Assembly (NCBI GenBank): GCA_032718475.1
Contig: JAUCBJ010007446.1
Coordinates: forward strand, 35,335 to 99,334
Source: Nemertoderma westbladi
Taxonomy: Eukaryota; Animalia; Xenacoelomorpha
DNA length: 64,000 nt
Reading direction: 5' to 3'
Shown here: piece after piece, positions 1-13,900 of the stretch
How the letters are laid out: each line of letters starts with the position of its first letter
How positions within the stretch are numbered: the first letter of the stretch is position 1
Made by a program: the position numbers and the translations under genes
The notes under the pieces: generated by a model
Told to the model about the DNA's origin: nothing
What the model saw: the letters and a program-made list of their open reading frames with translations, nothing else
Database searches by the model: none

Positions 1-3000
1 TAGGATTAGTAACATCTGTTTGGAGTAGCCGGTACTTGAGACTCGGTTGTAGGAGTTGTCGTTACCAATATAGTTCCTTACCTATAGTAGGATTAGTAAC
101 ATCTGTTTGGAGTAGCCGGTACTTGAGACTCGGTTGTAGGAGTTGGCGTTACGAATATAGTTCCTTACCTATAGTAGGATTAGTAACATCTGTTTGGAGT
201 AGCCGGTACTTGAGACTCGGTTGTAGGAGTTGGCGTTACGAATATAGTTCCTTACCTATAGTAGGATTAGTAACATCTGTTTGGAGTAGCCGGTACTTGA
301 GACTCGGTTGTAGGAGTTGTCGTTACCAATATAGTTCCTTACCTATAGTAGGATTAGTAACATCTGTTTGGAGTAGCCGGTACTTGAGACTCGGTTGTAG
401 GAGTTGTCGTTACCAATATAGTTCCTTACCTATAGTAGGATTAGTAACATCTGTTTGGAGTAGCCGGTACTTGAGACTCGGTTGTAGGAGTTGTCGTTAC
501 CAATATAGTTCCTTACCTATAGTAGGATTAGTAACATCTGTTTGGAGTAGCCGGTACTTGAGACTCGGTTGTAGGAGTTGTCGTTACCAATATAGTTCCT
601 TACCTATAGTAGGATTAGTAACATCTGTTTGGAGTAGCCGGTACTTGAGACTCGGTTGTAGGAGTTGTCGTTACCAATATAGTTCCTTACCTATAGTAGG
701 ATTAGTAACATCTGTTTGGAGTAGCCGGTACTTGAGACTCGGTTGTAGGAGTTGTCGTTACCAATATAGTTCCTTACCTATAGTAGGATTAGTAACATCT
801 GTTTGGAGTAGCCGGTACTTGAGACTCGGTTGTAGGAGTTGGCGTTACGAATATAGTTCCTTACCTATAGTAGGATTAGTAACATCTGTTTGGAGTAGCC
901 GGTACTTGAGACTCGGTTGTAGGAGTTGGCGTTACGAATATAGTTCCTTACCTATAGTACGATTAGTAACATCTGTTTGGAGTAGCCGGTACTTGAGACT
1001 CGGTTGTAGGAGTTGTCGTTACCAATATAGTTCCTTACCTATAGTAGGATTAGTAACATCTGTTTTGAGTAGCCGGTACTTGAGACTCGGTTGTAGGAGT
1101 TGGCGTTACGAATATAGTTCCTTACCTATAGTAGGATTAGTAACATCTGTTTGGAGTAGCCGGTACTTGAGACTGGGTTGTAGGAGTTGGCGTTACGAAT
1201 ATAGTTCCTTACCTATAGTAGGATTAGTAACATATGTTTGGAGTAGCCGGTACTTGAGACTCGGTTGTAGGAGTTGTCGTTACCAATATAGTTCCTTACC
1301 TATAGTAGGATTAGTAACATCTGTTTGGAGTAGCCGGTACTTGAGACTCGGTTGTAGGAGTTGTCGTTACCAATATAGTTCCTTACCTATAGTAGGATTA
1401 GTAACATCTGTTTGGAGTAGCCGGTACTTGAGACTCGGTTGTAGGAGTTGTCGTTACCAATATAGTTCCTTACCTATAGTAGGATTAGTAACATCTGTTT
1501 GTGGAGGGAGTAGCCGGTACTTGAGACTCGGTTGTAGGAGTTGGCGTTACGAATATAGTTCCTTACCTATAGTAGGATTAGTAACATCTGTTTTGAGTAG
1601 CCGGTACTTGAGACTCGGTTGTAGGAGTTGTCGTTACCAATATAGTTCCTTACCTATAGTAGGATTAGTAACATCTGTTTTGAGTAGCCGGTACTTGAGA
1701 CTCGGTTGTAGGAGTTGTCGTTACCAATATAGTTCCTTACCTATAGTAGGATTAGTAACATCTGTTTTGAGTAGCCGGTACTTGAGACTCGGTTGTAGGA
1801 GTTGTCGTTACCAATATAGTTCCTTACCTATAGTAGGATTAGTAACATCTGTTTGGAGTAGCCGGTACTTGAGACTCGGTTGTAGGAGTTGTCGTTACCA
1901 ATATAGTTCCTTACCTATAGTAGGATTAGTAACATCTGTTTGGAGTAGCCGGTACTTGAGACTCGGTTGTAGGAGTTGTCGTTACCAATATAGTTCCTTA
2001 CCTATAGTAGGATTAGTAACATCTGTTTGGAGTAGCCGGTACTTGAGACTCGGTTGTAGGAGTTGGCGTTACGAATATAGTTCCTTACCTATAGTAGGAT
2101 TAGTAACATCTGTTTGGAGTAGCCGGTACTTGAGACTCGGTTGTAGGAGTTGGCGTTACGAATATAGTTCCTTACCTATAGTACGATTAGTAACATCTGT
2201 TTGGAGTAGCCGGTACTTGAGACTCGGTTGTAGGAGTTGTCGTTACCAATATAGTTCCTTACCTATAGTAGGATTAGTAACATCTGTTTTGAGTAGCCGG
2301 TACTTGAGACTCGGTTGTAGGAGTTGGCGTTACGAATATAGTTCCTTACCTATAGTAGGATTAGTAACATCTGTTTGGAGTAGCCGGTACTTGAGACTGG
2401 GTTGTAGGAGTTGGCGTTACGAATATAGTTCCTTACCTATAGTAGGATTAGTAACATATGTTTGGAGTAGCCGGTACTTGAGACTCGGTTGTAGGAGTTG
2501 TCGTTACCAATATAGTTCCTTACCTATAGTAGGATTAGTAACATCTGTTTGGAGTAGCCGGTACTTGAGACTCGGTTGTAGGAGTTGTCGTTACCAATAT
2601 AGTTCCTTACCTATAGTAGGATTAGTAACATCTGTTTGGAGTAGCCGGTACTTGAGACTCGGTTGTAGGAGTTGTCGTTACCAATATAGTTCCTTACCTA
2701 TAGTAGGATTAGTAACATCTGTTTGTGGAGGGAGTAGCCGGTACTTGAGACTCGGTTGTAGGAGTTGGCGTTACGAATATAGTTCCTTACCTATAGTAGG
2801 ATTAGTAACATCTGTTTTGAGTAGCCGGTACTTGAGACTCGGTTGTAGGAGTTGTCGTTACCAATATAGTTCCTTACCTATAGTAGGATTAGTAACATCT
2901 GTTTTGAGTAGCCGGTACTTGAGACTCGGTTGTAGGAGTTGTCGTTACCAATATAGTTCCTTACCTATAGTAGGATTAGTAACATCTGTTTTGAGTAGCC

Positions 3001-6000
3001 GGTACTTGAGACTCGGTTGTAGGAGTTGTCGTTACCAATATAGTTCCTTACCTATAGTAGGATTAGTAACATCTGTTTGTGGAGGGAGTAGCCGGTACTT
3101 GAGACTCGGTTGTAGGAGTTGGCGTTACGAATATAGTTCCTTACCTATAGTAGGATTAGTAACATCTGTTTGGAGTAGCCGGTACTTGAGACTCGGTTGT
3201 AGGAGTTGTCGTTACCAATATAGTTCCTTACCTATAGTAGGATTAGTAACATCTGTTTGGAGTAGCCGGTACTTGAGACTCGGTTGTAGGAGTTGTCGTT
3301 ACCAATATAGTTCCTTACCTATAGTAGGATTAGTAACATCTGTTTGGAGTAGCCGGTACTTGAGACTCGGTTGTAGGAGTTGTCGTTACCAATATAGTTC
3401 CTTACCTATAGTAGGATTAGTAACATCTGTTTTGAGTAGCCGGTACTTGAGACTCGGTTATAGGAGTTGGCGTTACGAATATAGTTCCTTACCTATAGTA
3501 GGATTAGTAACATCTGTTTGTGGAGGGAGTAACCGGTACTTGAGACTCGGTTGTAGGAGTTGGCGTTACCAATATAGTTCCTTACCTATAGTAGGATTAG
3601 TAACATCTGTTTTGAGTAGCCGGTACTTGAGACTCGGTTGTAGGAGTTGGCGTTACCAATATAGTTCCTTACCTATAGTAGGATTAGTAACATCTGTTTG
3701 GAGTAGCCGTTACTTGAGACTCGGTTGTAGGAGTTGGCGTTACGAATATAGTTCCTTACCTATAGTAGGATTAGTAACATCTGTTTTGAGTAGCCGGTAC
3801 TTGAGACTCGGTTGTAGGAGTTGTCGTTACCAATATAGTTCCTTACCTATAGTAGGATTAGTAACATCTGTTTTGAGTAGCCGGTACTTGAGACTCGGTT
3901 GTAGGAGTTGTCGTTACCAATATAGTTCCTTACCTATAGTAGGATTAGTAACATCTGTTTGTGGAGGGAGTAGCCGGTACTTGAGACTCGGTTGTAGGAG
4001 TTGGCGTTACGAATATAGTTCCTTACCTATAGTAGGATTAGTAACATCTGTTTTGAGTAGCCGGTACTTGAGACTCGGTTGTAGGAGTTGTCGTTACCAA
4101 TATAGTTCCTTACCTATAGTAGGATTAGTAACATCTGTTTTGAGTAGCCGGTACTTGAGACTCGGTTGTAGGAGTTGTCGTTACCAATATAGTTCCTTAC
4201 CTATAGTAGGATTAGTAACATCTGTTTTGAGTAGCCGGTACTTGAGACTCGGTTGTAGGAGTTGGCGTTACCAATATAGTTCCTTACCTATAGTAGGATT
4301 AGTAACATCTGTTTTGAGTAGCCGGTACTTGAGACTCGGTTGTAGGAGTTGTCGTTACCAATATAGTTCCTTACCTATAGTAGGATTAGTAACATCTGTT
4401 TTGAGTAGCCGGTACTTGAGACTCGGTTGTAGGAGTTGTCGTTACCAATATAGTTCCTTACCTATAGTAGGATTAGTAACATCTGTTTGTGGAGGGAGTA
4501 GCCGGTACTTGAGACTCGGTTGTAGGAGTTGGCGTTACGAATATAGTTCCTTACCTATAGTAGGATTAGTAACATCTGTTTTGAGTAGCCGGTACTTGAG
4601 ACTCGGTTGTAGGAGTTGTCGTTACCAATATAGTTCCTTACCTATAGTAGGATTAGTAACATCTGTTTTGAGTAGCCGGTACTTGAGACTCGGTTGTAGG
4701 AGTTGTCGTTACCAATATAGTTCCTTACCTATAGTACGATTAGTAACATCTGTTTGGAGTAGCCGGTACTTGAGACTCGGTTGTAGGAGTTGTCGTTACC
4801 AATATAGTTCCTTACCTATAGTAGGATTAGTAACATCTGTTTGGAGTAGCCGGTACTTGAGACTCGGTTGTAGGAGTTGTCGTTACCAATATAGTTCCTT
4901 ACCTATAGTAGGATTAGTAACATCTGTTTGGAGTAGTCGGTACTTGAGACTCGGTTGTAGGAGTTGGCGTTACCAATATAGTTCCTTACCTATAGTAGGA
5001 TTAGTAACATCTGTTTGGAGTAGCCGGTACTTGAGACTCGGTTGTAGGAGTTGGCGTTACGAATATAGTTCCTTACCTATAGTAGGATTAGTAACATCTG
5101 TTTGGAGTAGCCGGTACTTGAGACTCGGTTGTAGGAGTTGGCGTTACCAATATAGTTCCTTACCTATAGTAGGATTAGTAACATCTGTTTGGAGTAGCCG
5201 GTACTTGAGACTCGGTTGTAGGAGTTGTCGTTACCAATATAGTTCCTTACCTATAGTAGGATTAGTAACATCTGTTTGGAGTAGCCGGTACTTGAGACTC
5301 GGTTGTAGGAGTTGGCGTTACGAATATAGTTCCTTACCTATAGTAGGATTAGTAACATCTGTTTGGAGTAGCCGGTACTTGAGACTCGGTTGTAGGAGTT
5401 GGCGTTACCAATATAGTTCCTTACCTATAGTAGGATTAGTAACATCTGTTTGGAGTAGCCGGTACTTGAGACTCGGTTGTAGGAGTTGTCGTTACCAATA
5501 TAGTTCCTTACCTATAGTAGGATTAGTAACATCTGTTTTGAGTAGCCGGTACTTGAGACTCGGTTGTAGGAGTTGTCGTTACCAATATAGTTCCTTACCT
5601 ATAGTAGGATTAGTAACATCTGTTTGGAGTAGCCGGTACTTGAGACTCGGTTGTAGGAGTTGTCGTTACCAATATAGTTCCTTACCTATAGTAGGATTAG
5701 TAACATCTGTTTGGAGTAGCCGGTACTTGAGACTCGGTTGTAGGAGTTGGCGTTACCAATATAGTTCCTTACCTATAGTAGGATTAGTAACATCTGTTTG
5801 GAGTAGCCGGTACTTGAGACTCGGTTGTAGGAGTTGTCGTTACCAATATAGTTCCTTACCTATAGTAGGATTAGTAACATCTGTTTTGAGTAGCCGGTAC
5901 TTGAGACTCGGTTGTAGGAGTTGGCGTTACCAATATAGTTCCTTACCTATAGTAGGATTAGTAACATCTGTTTGGAGTAGCCGGTACTTGAGACTCGGTT

Positions 6001-6600
6001 GTAGGAGTTGTCGTTACCAATATAGTTCCTTACCTATAGTAGGATTAGTAACATCTGTTTGGAGTAGCCGGTACTTGAGACTCGGTTGTAGGAGTTGTCG
6101 TTACGAATATAGTTCCTTACCTATAGTAGGATTAGTAACATCTGTTTGGAGTAGCCGGTACTTGAGACTCGGTTGTAGGAGTTGTCGTTACCAATATAGT
6201 TCCTTACCTATAGTAGGATTAGTAACATCTGTTTGGAGTAGCCGGTACTTGAGACTCGGTTGTAGGAGTTGTCGTTACGAATATAGTTCCTTACCTATAG
6301 TACGATTAGTAACATCTGTTTGGAGTAGCCGGTACTTGAGACTCGGTTGTAGGAGTTGGCGTTACGAATATAGTTCCTTACCTATAGTAGGATTAGTAAC
6401 ATCTGTTTGGAGTAGCCGGTACTTGAGACTCGGTTGTAGGAGTTGTCGTTACCAATATAGTTCCTTACCTATAGTAGGATTAGTAACATCTGTTTTGAGT
6501 AGCCGGTACTTGAGACTCGGTTGTAGGAGTTGTCGTTACCAATATAGTTCCTTACCTATAGTAGGATTAGTAACATCTGTTTGCGGAGTTTCCGGTACTT
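1..6600. repeat. 87-bp minisatellite (~75 copies, runs off the window start) derived from the 3' end of the neurexin stalk exon plus its splice donor
   Basis: Unit TAGGATTAGTAACATCTGTTTGGAGTAGCCGGTACTTGAGACTCGGTTGTAGGAGTTGTCGTTACCAATATAGTTCCTTACCTATAG, with occasional 93-bp variants. It grades into unique exon sequence at ~6580-6640. Confidence 0.97.
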
Positions 6601-6733
6601 GAGAGACGGTTGTAGTTGTTGTTACGAATATAGTTCCATCGCCGCTAGAATATTCGCAGTCGTCGTCCTCGTTGTCATAGTAATCACAGTCAGCCGACGC
6701 CGTTGTAGATATTATATCACCGCCTTGCCAAAA
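6556..6733 (-). CDS. NRXN: Neurexin exon: stalk with acidic Cys-loop and Ser-Gly (heparan sulfate-type) site, then a Thr-rich stretch
   Basis: ttgcag|TTTTGG...ATAG|gtaagg; 178 nt, phase 0 to 1. FWQGGDIISTTASADCDYYDNEDDDCEYSSGDGTIFVTTTTT resembles vertebrate neurexin [26 protein letters not shown]. Confidence 0.88.
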
Positions 6734-6819
6734 CTGCAAATATAAATTATTGTATTTGCATGTAACTATACAACCAATATACCAATAACAATGTCTTATT
6801 TGAGTTGCCAAATTGTTAT

Positions 6820-7388
6820 AAAAAAACCTCTACATACCGCCAATTACTTTATTTTAGTGGCCCATAAAAACCTCTACATACCGCCAATTACTTTATTTTA
6901 GTGGCCCATAAAAACCTCTACATACCGCCAATTACTTTATTTTAGTGGCCCATAAAAACCTCTACATACCGCCAATTACTTTATTTAGTGGCCCATAAAA
7001 ACCTCTACATACCGCCAATTACTTTATTTAGTGGCCCATAAAAACCTCTACATACCGTCAATTACTTTATTTTAGTGGCCCATAAAAACCTCTACATACC
7101 GTCAATTACTTTATTTAGTGGCCCATAAAAACCTCTACATACCGCCAATTACTTTATTTAGTGGCCCATAAAAACCTCTACATACCGCCAATTACTTTAT
7201 TTTAGTGGCCCATAAAAACCTCTACATACCGCCAATTACTTTATTTAGTGGCCCATAAAAACCTCTACATACCGCCAATTACTTTATTTAGTGGCCCATA
7301 AAAACCTCTACATACCGCCAAATACTTTATTTAGTGGCCCATAAAAACCTCTACATACCGTCAATTACTTTATTTTAGTGGCCCATAA
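6820..7388. repeat. 43-44-bp intronic minisatellite (~13 copies)
   Basis: Unit AAAAACCTCTACATACCGCCAATTACTTTATTTTAGTGGCCCAT. Confidence 0.95.
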
Positions 7389-7641
7389 ATTGTCTTTTAT
7401 ATGATAATAAAATTCTAAAAAGTTATTTTGGTCGATTATTATGCAGAACTTAATGGCGAAGGATGTTTAGTTTTGGAGATATGACGATTTTACATGTTTC
7501 TATTACAATCAAATTAACATTTCATTTGTTCGTTTCATTTGTTTTTAATCTTCAAAAAAACCCGAGGAATCTCAAAAAATGTAAAGCACTTGCTATCCAT
7601 TGCTATTGCACACCAATACCAAAGCTAATGCTTAAACTTAC

Positions 7642-7883
7642 AGGGTCATCGCTAGGTGGTCCGTCTGTAGACACCGGTATTGGTGTGCTGACTAGGTACA
7701 TGGGCCCATGTACACCTACGTTCTCGTCCCCTACAGCAGCTAAGTCCAATGGGAAGATCCCGTTATAGAACAATCCCGCCATGTATCCGGTAAAGAGATC
7801 GTACAATGGTTGCTCCTCAGGGGACATTGCCATGGCGATGTAGATCGTTCGTTGTTTGTCAAAATCCGTCAATGTTGATTTAT
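7642..7883 (-). CDS. NRXN: Neurexin exon: C-terminal part of LNS6 (laminin G) domain, the exon following splice site 4
   Basis: cgcccag|ATAAAT...GACCCT|gtaagt; 242 nt, phase 1 to 0. (D)KSTLTDFDKQRTIYI...FTGYMAGLFYNGIFPLDLAAVGDENVGVHGPMYLV matches neurexin RQLTIFNSQATIII...[35 protein letters not shown]. Confidence 0.9.
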
Positions 7884-8423
7884 CTGGGCGGTAATATAAA
7901 TAATGACAGATACATAATATATTATAACATATTATAACATAAGTAATGACACATACATAACATATTATAACATAAGTAAAGACAGATACATAACATATTA
8001 TAACATAAGTAATGACAGATACATAACATATTATAACATAAGTAATGACAGATACATAACATATTATAACATAATTAATGACAGATACATAACATATTAT
8101 AACATAAGTAATGACAGATACATAACATATTATAACATAAGTAATGACAGATACATAACATATTATAACATAAGTAATGACAGATACATAACATATTATA
8201 ACATAAGTAATGACAGATACATAACATATTATAACATAAGTAATGACAGATACATAACATATTATAACATAAGTAATGACAGATACATAACATATTATAA
8301 CATAAGTAATGACACATACATAACATATTATAACATAAGTAATGACACATACATAACATATTATAACATAAGTAATGACAGATACATAACATATTATAAC
8401 ATAAGTAATGACACATAGATAAC

Positions 8424-8425
<2 letters not shown>

Positions 8426-8455
<30 letters not shown>

Positions 8456-8696
8456 TTGGTTATTCATATAGCGCTTTTCTACGCTCAGCATACTCAAAGC
8501 GCTTTTATTATCATTACCCCAGCAAAGCCAGGTTCCCATTATACCGCTGGGTTGGCGTAGGCACTAATGTCTAATGTGTCTTGCCTAGGGACACAACAGT
8601 GCGAAATTTCTACAGCCTTTAGTCGGATTCGAACCTGCACCACCAAACACTATTGTGTAAGCAGTTCAGGCGCCGTATCCACTCGGACACTGCGAC
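8426..8696 (-). mobile_element. tRNA-derived SINE with V-SINE-like core and L2-like 3' tail, copy 1
   Basis: Minus strand: A box AGTGTCCGAGTGG, B box GGTTCGAATCC, core TTGTGTCCCTAGGCAAGACAC, tail AAAGCGCTTTGAG...AAAAGCGCTATAT, then (TAT)n. Confidence 0.85.
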
Positions 8697-9211
8697 ATAA
8701 TAATAATAATTATAATTTAATAATTAATTATAATAATCATTATAACATAATATAATAACATAAGTAATGACAGATACATAACATATTACAACATAAGTAA
8801 TGACACATACATAACATATTATAACATAAGTAATGACAGATACATAACATATTATAACATAATTAATGACAGATACATAACATATTATAACATAAGTAAT
8901 GACAGATACATAACATATTATAACATAAGTAATGACAGATACATAACATATTATAACATAAGTAATGACAGATACATAACATATTATAACATAAGTAATG
9001 ACAGATACATAACATATTATAACATAAGTAATGACAGATACATAACATATTATAACATAAGTAATGACAGATACATAACATATTATAACATAAGTAATGA
9101 CACATACATAACATATTATAACATAAGTAATGACACATACATAACATATTATAACATAAGTAATGACAGATACATAACATATTATAACATAAGTAATGAC
9201 ACATAGATAAC

Positions 9212-9213
<2 letters not shown>

Positions 9214-9243
<30 letters not shown>

Positions 9244-9484
9244 TTGGTTATTCATATAGCGCTTTTCTACGCTCAGCATACTCAAAGCGCTTTTATTATC
9301 ATTACCCCAGCAAAGCCAGGTTCCCATTATACCGCTGGGTTGGCGTAGGCACTAATGTCTAATGTGTCTTGCCTAGGGACACAACAGTGCGAAATTTCTA
9401 CAGCCTTTAGTCGGATTCGAACCTGCACCACCAAACACTATTGTGTAAGCAGTTCAGGCGCCGTATCCACTCGGACACTGCGAC
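9214..9484 (-). mobile_element. tRNA-derived SINE, copy 2 (tandem duplicate)
   Basis: Same sequence as 8426-8696, offset +788. Confidence 0.85.
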
Positions 9485-9999
9485 ATAATAATAATAATTA
9501 TAATTTAATAATTAATTATAATAATCATTATAACATAATATAATAACATAAGTAATGACAGATACATAACATATTACAACATAAGTAATGACACATACAT
9601 AACATATTATAACATAAGTAATGACAGATACATAACATATTATAACATAATTAATGACAGATACATAACATATTATAACATAAGTAATGACAGATACATA
9701 ACATATTATAACATAAGTAATGACAGATACATAACATATTATAACATAAGTAATGACAGATACATAACATATTATAACATAAGTAATGACAGATACATAA
9801 CATATTATAACATAAGTAATGACAGATACATAACATATTATAACATAAGTAATGACAGATACATAACATATTATAACATAAGTAATGACACATACATAAC
9901 ATATTATAACATAAGTAATGACACATACATAACATATTATAACATAAGTAATGACAGATACATAACATATTATAACATAAGTAATGACACATAGATAAC

Positions 10000-10001
<2 letters not shown>

Positions 10002-10031
<30 letters not shown>

Positions 10032-10272
10032 TTGGTTATTCATATAGCGCTTTTCTACGCTCAGCATACTCAAAGCGCTTTTATTATCATTACCCCAGCA
10101 AAGCCAGGTTCCCATTATACCGCTGGGTTGGCGTAGGCACTAATGTCTAATGTGTCTTGCCTAGGGACACAACAGTGCGAAATTTCTACAGCCTTTAGTC
10201 GGATTCGAACCTGCACCACCAAACACTATTGTGTAAGCAGTTCAGGCGCCGTATCCACTCGGACACTGCGAC
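10002..10272 (-). mobile_element. tRNA-derived SINE, copy 3 (tandem duplicate)
   Basis: Same sequence as 8426-8696, offset +1576. Confidence 0.85.
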
Positions 10273-10930
10273 ATAATAATAATAATTATAATTTAATAAT
10301 TAATTATAATAATCATTATAACATAATATAATAACATAAGTAATGACAGATACATAACATATTACAACATAAGTAATGACACATACATAACATATTATAA
10401 CATAAGTAATGACAGATACATAACATATTATAACATATTATAACATAAGTAATGACAGATACATAACATATTATAACATAAGTAATGACAGATACATAAC
10501 ATATTATAACATAAGTAATGACAGATACATAACATATTATAACATAAGTAATGACACATAGATAACATATTATAACATATTATAACATAAGTAATGACAG
10601 ATACATAACATATTATAACATATTATAACATAAGTAATGACACATAGATAACATATTATAACATATTATAACATAAGTAATGACAGATACATAACATATT
10701 ATAACATATTATAACATAAGTAATGACACATACATAACATATTATAACATAAGTAATGACAGATACATAACATATTACAACATAAGTAATGACACATACA
10801 TAACATATTATAACATAAGTAATGACACATAGATAACATATTATAACATATTATAACATAAGTAATGACAGATACATAACGTATTACAACATAAGTAATG
10901 ACACATACATAACATATTATAACATAAGTA

Positions 10931-13900
10931 ATCAAACACATTGTAGATTGGTTTACCTTGCGAACTGGTTACAGTAGTTCCAACTTCCTAGTAAACATCA
11001 AACACATTGCAGATTGGTTTACCTTGCGAACTGGTTACAGTAGTTCCTACTTCCTACATCAAACACATTGCAGATTGGTTTACCTTGCGAACTGGTTACA
11101 GTAGTTCCTACTTCCTACATCAAACACATTGCAGATTGGTTTACCTTGCGAACTGGTTACAGAAGTTCCTACTTCCTACATCAAACACATTGCAGATTGG
11201 TTTACCTTGCGAACTGGTTACAGTAGTTCCAACTTCCTACATCTAACACATTGCAGATTGGTTTACCTTGCGAACTGGTTACAGTAGTTCCTACTTCCTA
11301 CATCTAACACATTGCAGATTGGTTTACCTTGCGAACTGGTTACAGAAGTTCCTACTTCCTACATCAAACACATTGTAGATTGGTTTACCTTGCGAACTGG
11401 TTACAGTAGTTCCTACTTCCTACATCAAACACAATGTAGATTGGTTTACCTTGCGAACTGGTTACAGTAGTTCCTACTTCCTACATCAAACACATTGCAG
11501 ATTGGTTTACCTTGCGAACTGGTTACAGTAGTTCCTACTTCCTACATCAAACACATTGCAGATTGGTTTACCTTGCGAACTGGTTACAGAAGTTCCTACT
11601 TCCTACATCAAACACATTGCAGATTGGTTTACCTTGCGAACTGGTTACAGTAGTTCCAACTTCCTACATCTAACACATTGCAGATTGGTTTACCTTGCGA
11701 ACTGGTTACAGTAGTTCCTACTTCCTACATCTAACACATTGCAGATTGGTTTACCTTGCGAACTGGTTACAGAAGTTCCTACTTCCTACATCAAACACAT
11801 TGTAGATTGGTTTACCTTGCGAACTGGTTACAGTAGTTCCTACTTCCTACATCAAACACATTGTAGATTGGTTTACCTTGCGAACTGGTTACAGTAGTTC
11901 CTACTTCCTACATCAAACACATTGCAGATTGGTTTACCTTGCGAACTGGTTACAGTAGTTCCTACTTCCTACATCTAACACATTGCAGATTGGTTTACCT
12001 TGCGAACTGGTTACAGAAGTTCCTACTTCCTACATCAAACACATTGTAGATTGGTTTACCTTGCGAACTGGTTACAGTAGTTCCTACTTCCTACATCAAA
12101 CACATTGCAGATTGGTTTACCTTGCGAACTGGTTACAGTAGTTCCTACTTCCTACATCAAACACATTGTAGATTGGTTTACCTTGGGAACTGGTTACAGT
12201 AGTTCCTACTTCCTACATCAAACACATTGTAGATTGGTTTACCTTGCGAACTGGTTACAGTAGTTCCTACTTCCTACATCAAACACATTGTAGATTGGTT
12301 TACCTTGGGAACTGGTTACAGTAGTTCCTACTTCCTACATCAAACACATTGCAGATTGGTTTACCTTGGGAACTGGTTACAGTAGTTCCTACTGCCTACA
12401 TCAAACACATTGCAGATTGGTTTACCTTGCGAACTGGTTACAGTAGTTCCTACTTCCTACATCAAACACATTGCAGATTGGTTTACCTTGCGAACTGGTT
12501 ACAGTAGTTCCTACTTCCTACATCAAACACATTGCAGATTGGTTTACCTTGGGAACTGGTTACAGTAGTTCCTACTGCCTACATCAAACACATTGCAGAT
12601 TGGTTTACCTTGCGAACTGGTTACAGTAGTTCCTACTTCCTACATCAAACACATTACAGATTGGTTTACCTTGCGAACTGGTTACAGTAGTTCCTACTTC
12701 CTACATCAAACACATTGCAGATTGGTTTACCTTGCGAACTGGTTACAGTAGTTCCTACTTCCTACATCTAACACATTGCAGATTGGTTTACCTTGCGAAC
12801 TGGTTACAGTAGTTCCTACTTCCTACATCAAACACATTGTAGATTGGTTTACCTTGCGAACTGGTTACAGTAGTTCCTACTTCCTACATCAAACACATTG
12901 CAGATTGGTTTACCTTGCGAACTGGTTACAGTAGTTCCTACTTCCTACATCAAACACATTGCAGATTGGTTTACCTTGCGAACTGGTTACAGTAGTTCCT
13001 ACTTCCTACATCAAACACATTGTAGATTGGTTTACCTTGCGAACTGGTTACAGTAGTTCCTACTTCCTACATCAAACACATTGCAGATTGGTTTACCTTG
13101 CGAACTGGTTACAGTAGTTCCTACTTCCTACATCAAACACATTGCAGATTGGTTTACCTTGCGAACTGGTTACAGTAGTTCCTACTTCCTACATCAAACA
13201 CATTGCAGATTGGTTTACCTTGCGAACTGGTTACAGTAGTTCCTACTTCCTACATCAAACACATTGTAGATTGGTTTACCTTGCGAACTGGTTACAGTAG
13301 TTCCTACTTCCTACATCAAACACATTGCAGATTGGTTTACCTTGCGAACTGGTTACAGTAGTTCCTACTTCCTACATCAAACACATTGCAGATTGGTTTA
13401 CCTTGCGAACTGGTTACAGTAGTTCCTACTTCCTACATCAAACACATTGCAGATTGGTTTACCTTGCGAACTGGTTACAGTAGTTCCTACTTCCTACATC
13501 AAACACATTGTAGATTGGTTTACCTTGCGAACTGGTTACAGTAGTTCCAACTTCCTACATCAAACACATTGCAGATTGGTTTACCTTGCGAACTGGTTAC
13601 AGTAGTTCCTACTTCCTACATCAAACACATTGCAGATTGGTTTACCTTGCGAACTGGTTACAGTAGTTCCTACTTCCTACATCAAACACATTGCAGATTG
13701 GTTTACCTTGCGAACTGGTTACAGTAGTTCCTACTTCCTACATCAAACACATTGCAGATTGGTTTACCTTGCGAACTGGTTACAGTAGTTCCTACTTCCT
13801 ACATCAAACACATTGCAGATTGGTTTACCTTGCGAACTGGTTACAGTAGTTCCTACTTCCTACATCAAACACATTGTAGATTGGTTTACCTTGCGAACTG

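Larger units (their letters stand above)
7899..10931. repeat. 33-bp AT-rich minisatellite containing a 788-bp higher-order triplication that includes a SINE
   Basis: Unit CATATTATAACATAAGTAATGACAGATACATAA. Identical blocks at 788-bp offsets (ORFs 8075/8863/9651). Confidence 0.95.

Noticed and set aside
36-6602. 2188-aa plus-strand ORF
   Set aside because: It is the stop-free frame of the 87-bp repeat, antisense to a neurexin exon end, has no ATG start and resembles no protein.
8620-8696. tRNA-like sequence (three copies)
   Set aside because: A and B boxes are present, but there is no proper acceptor stem and it continues into a SINE body and tail.
8075-10331. Triplicated Cys/Tyr-rich 154-aa and 62-aa ORFs
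   Set aside because: Read-through of SINE plus 33-bp minisatellite.
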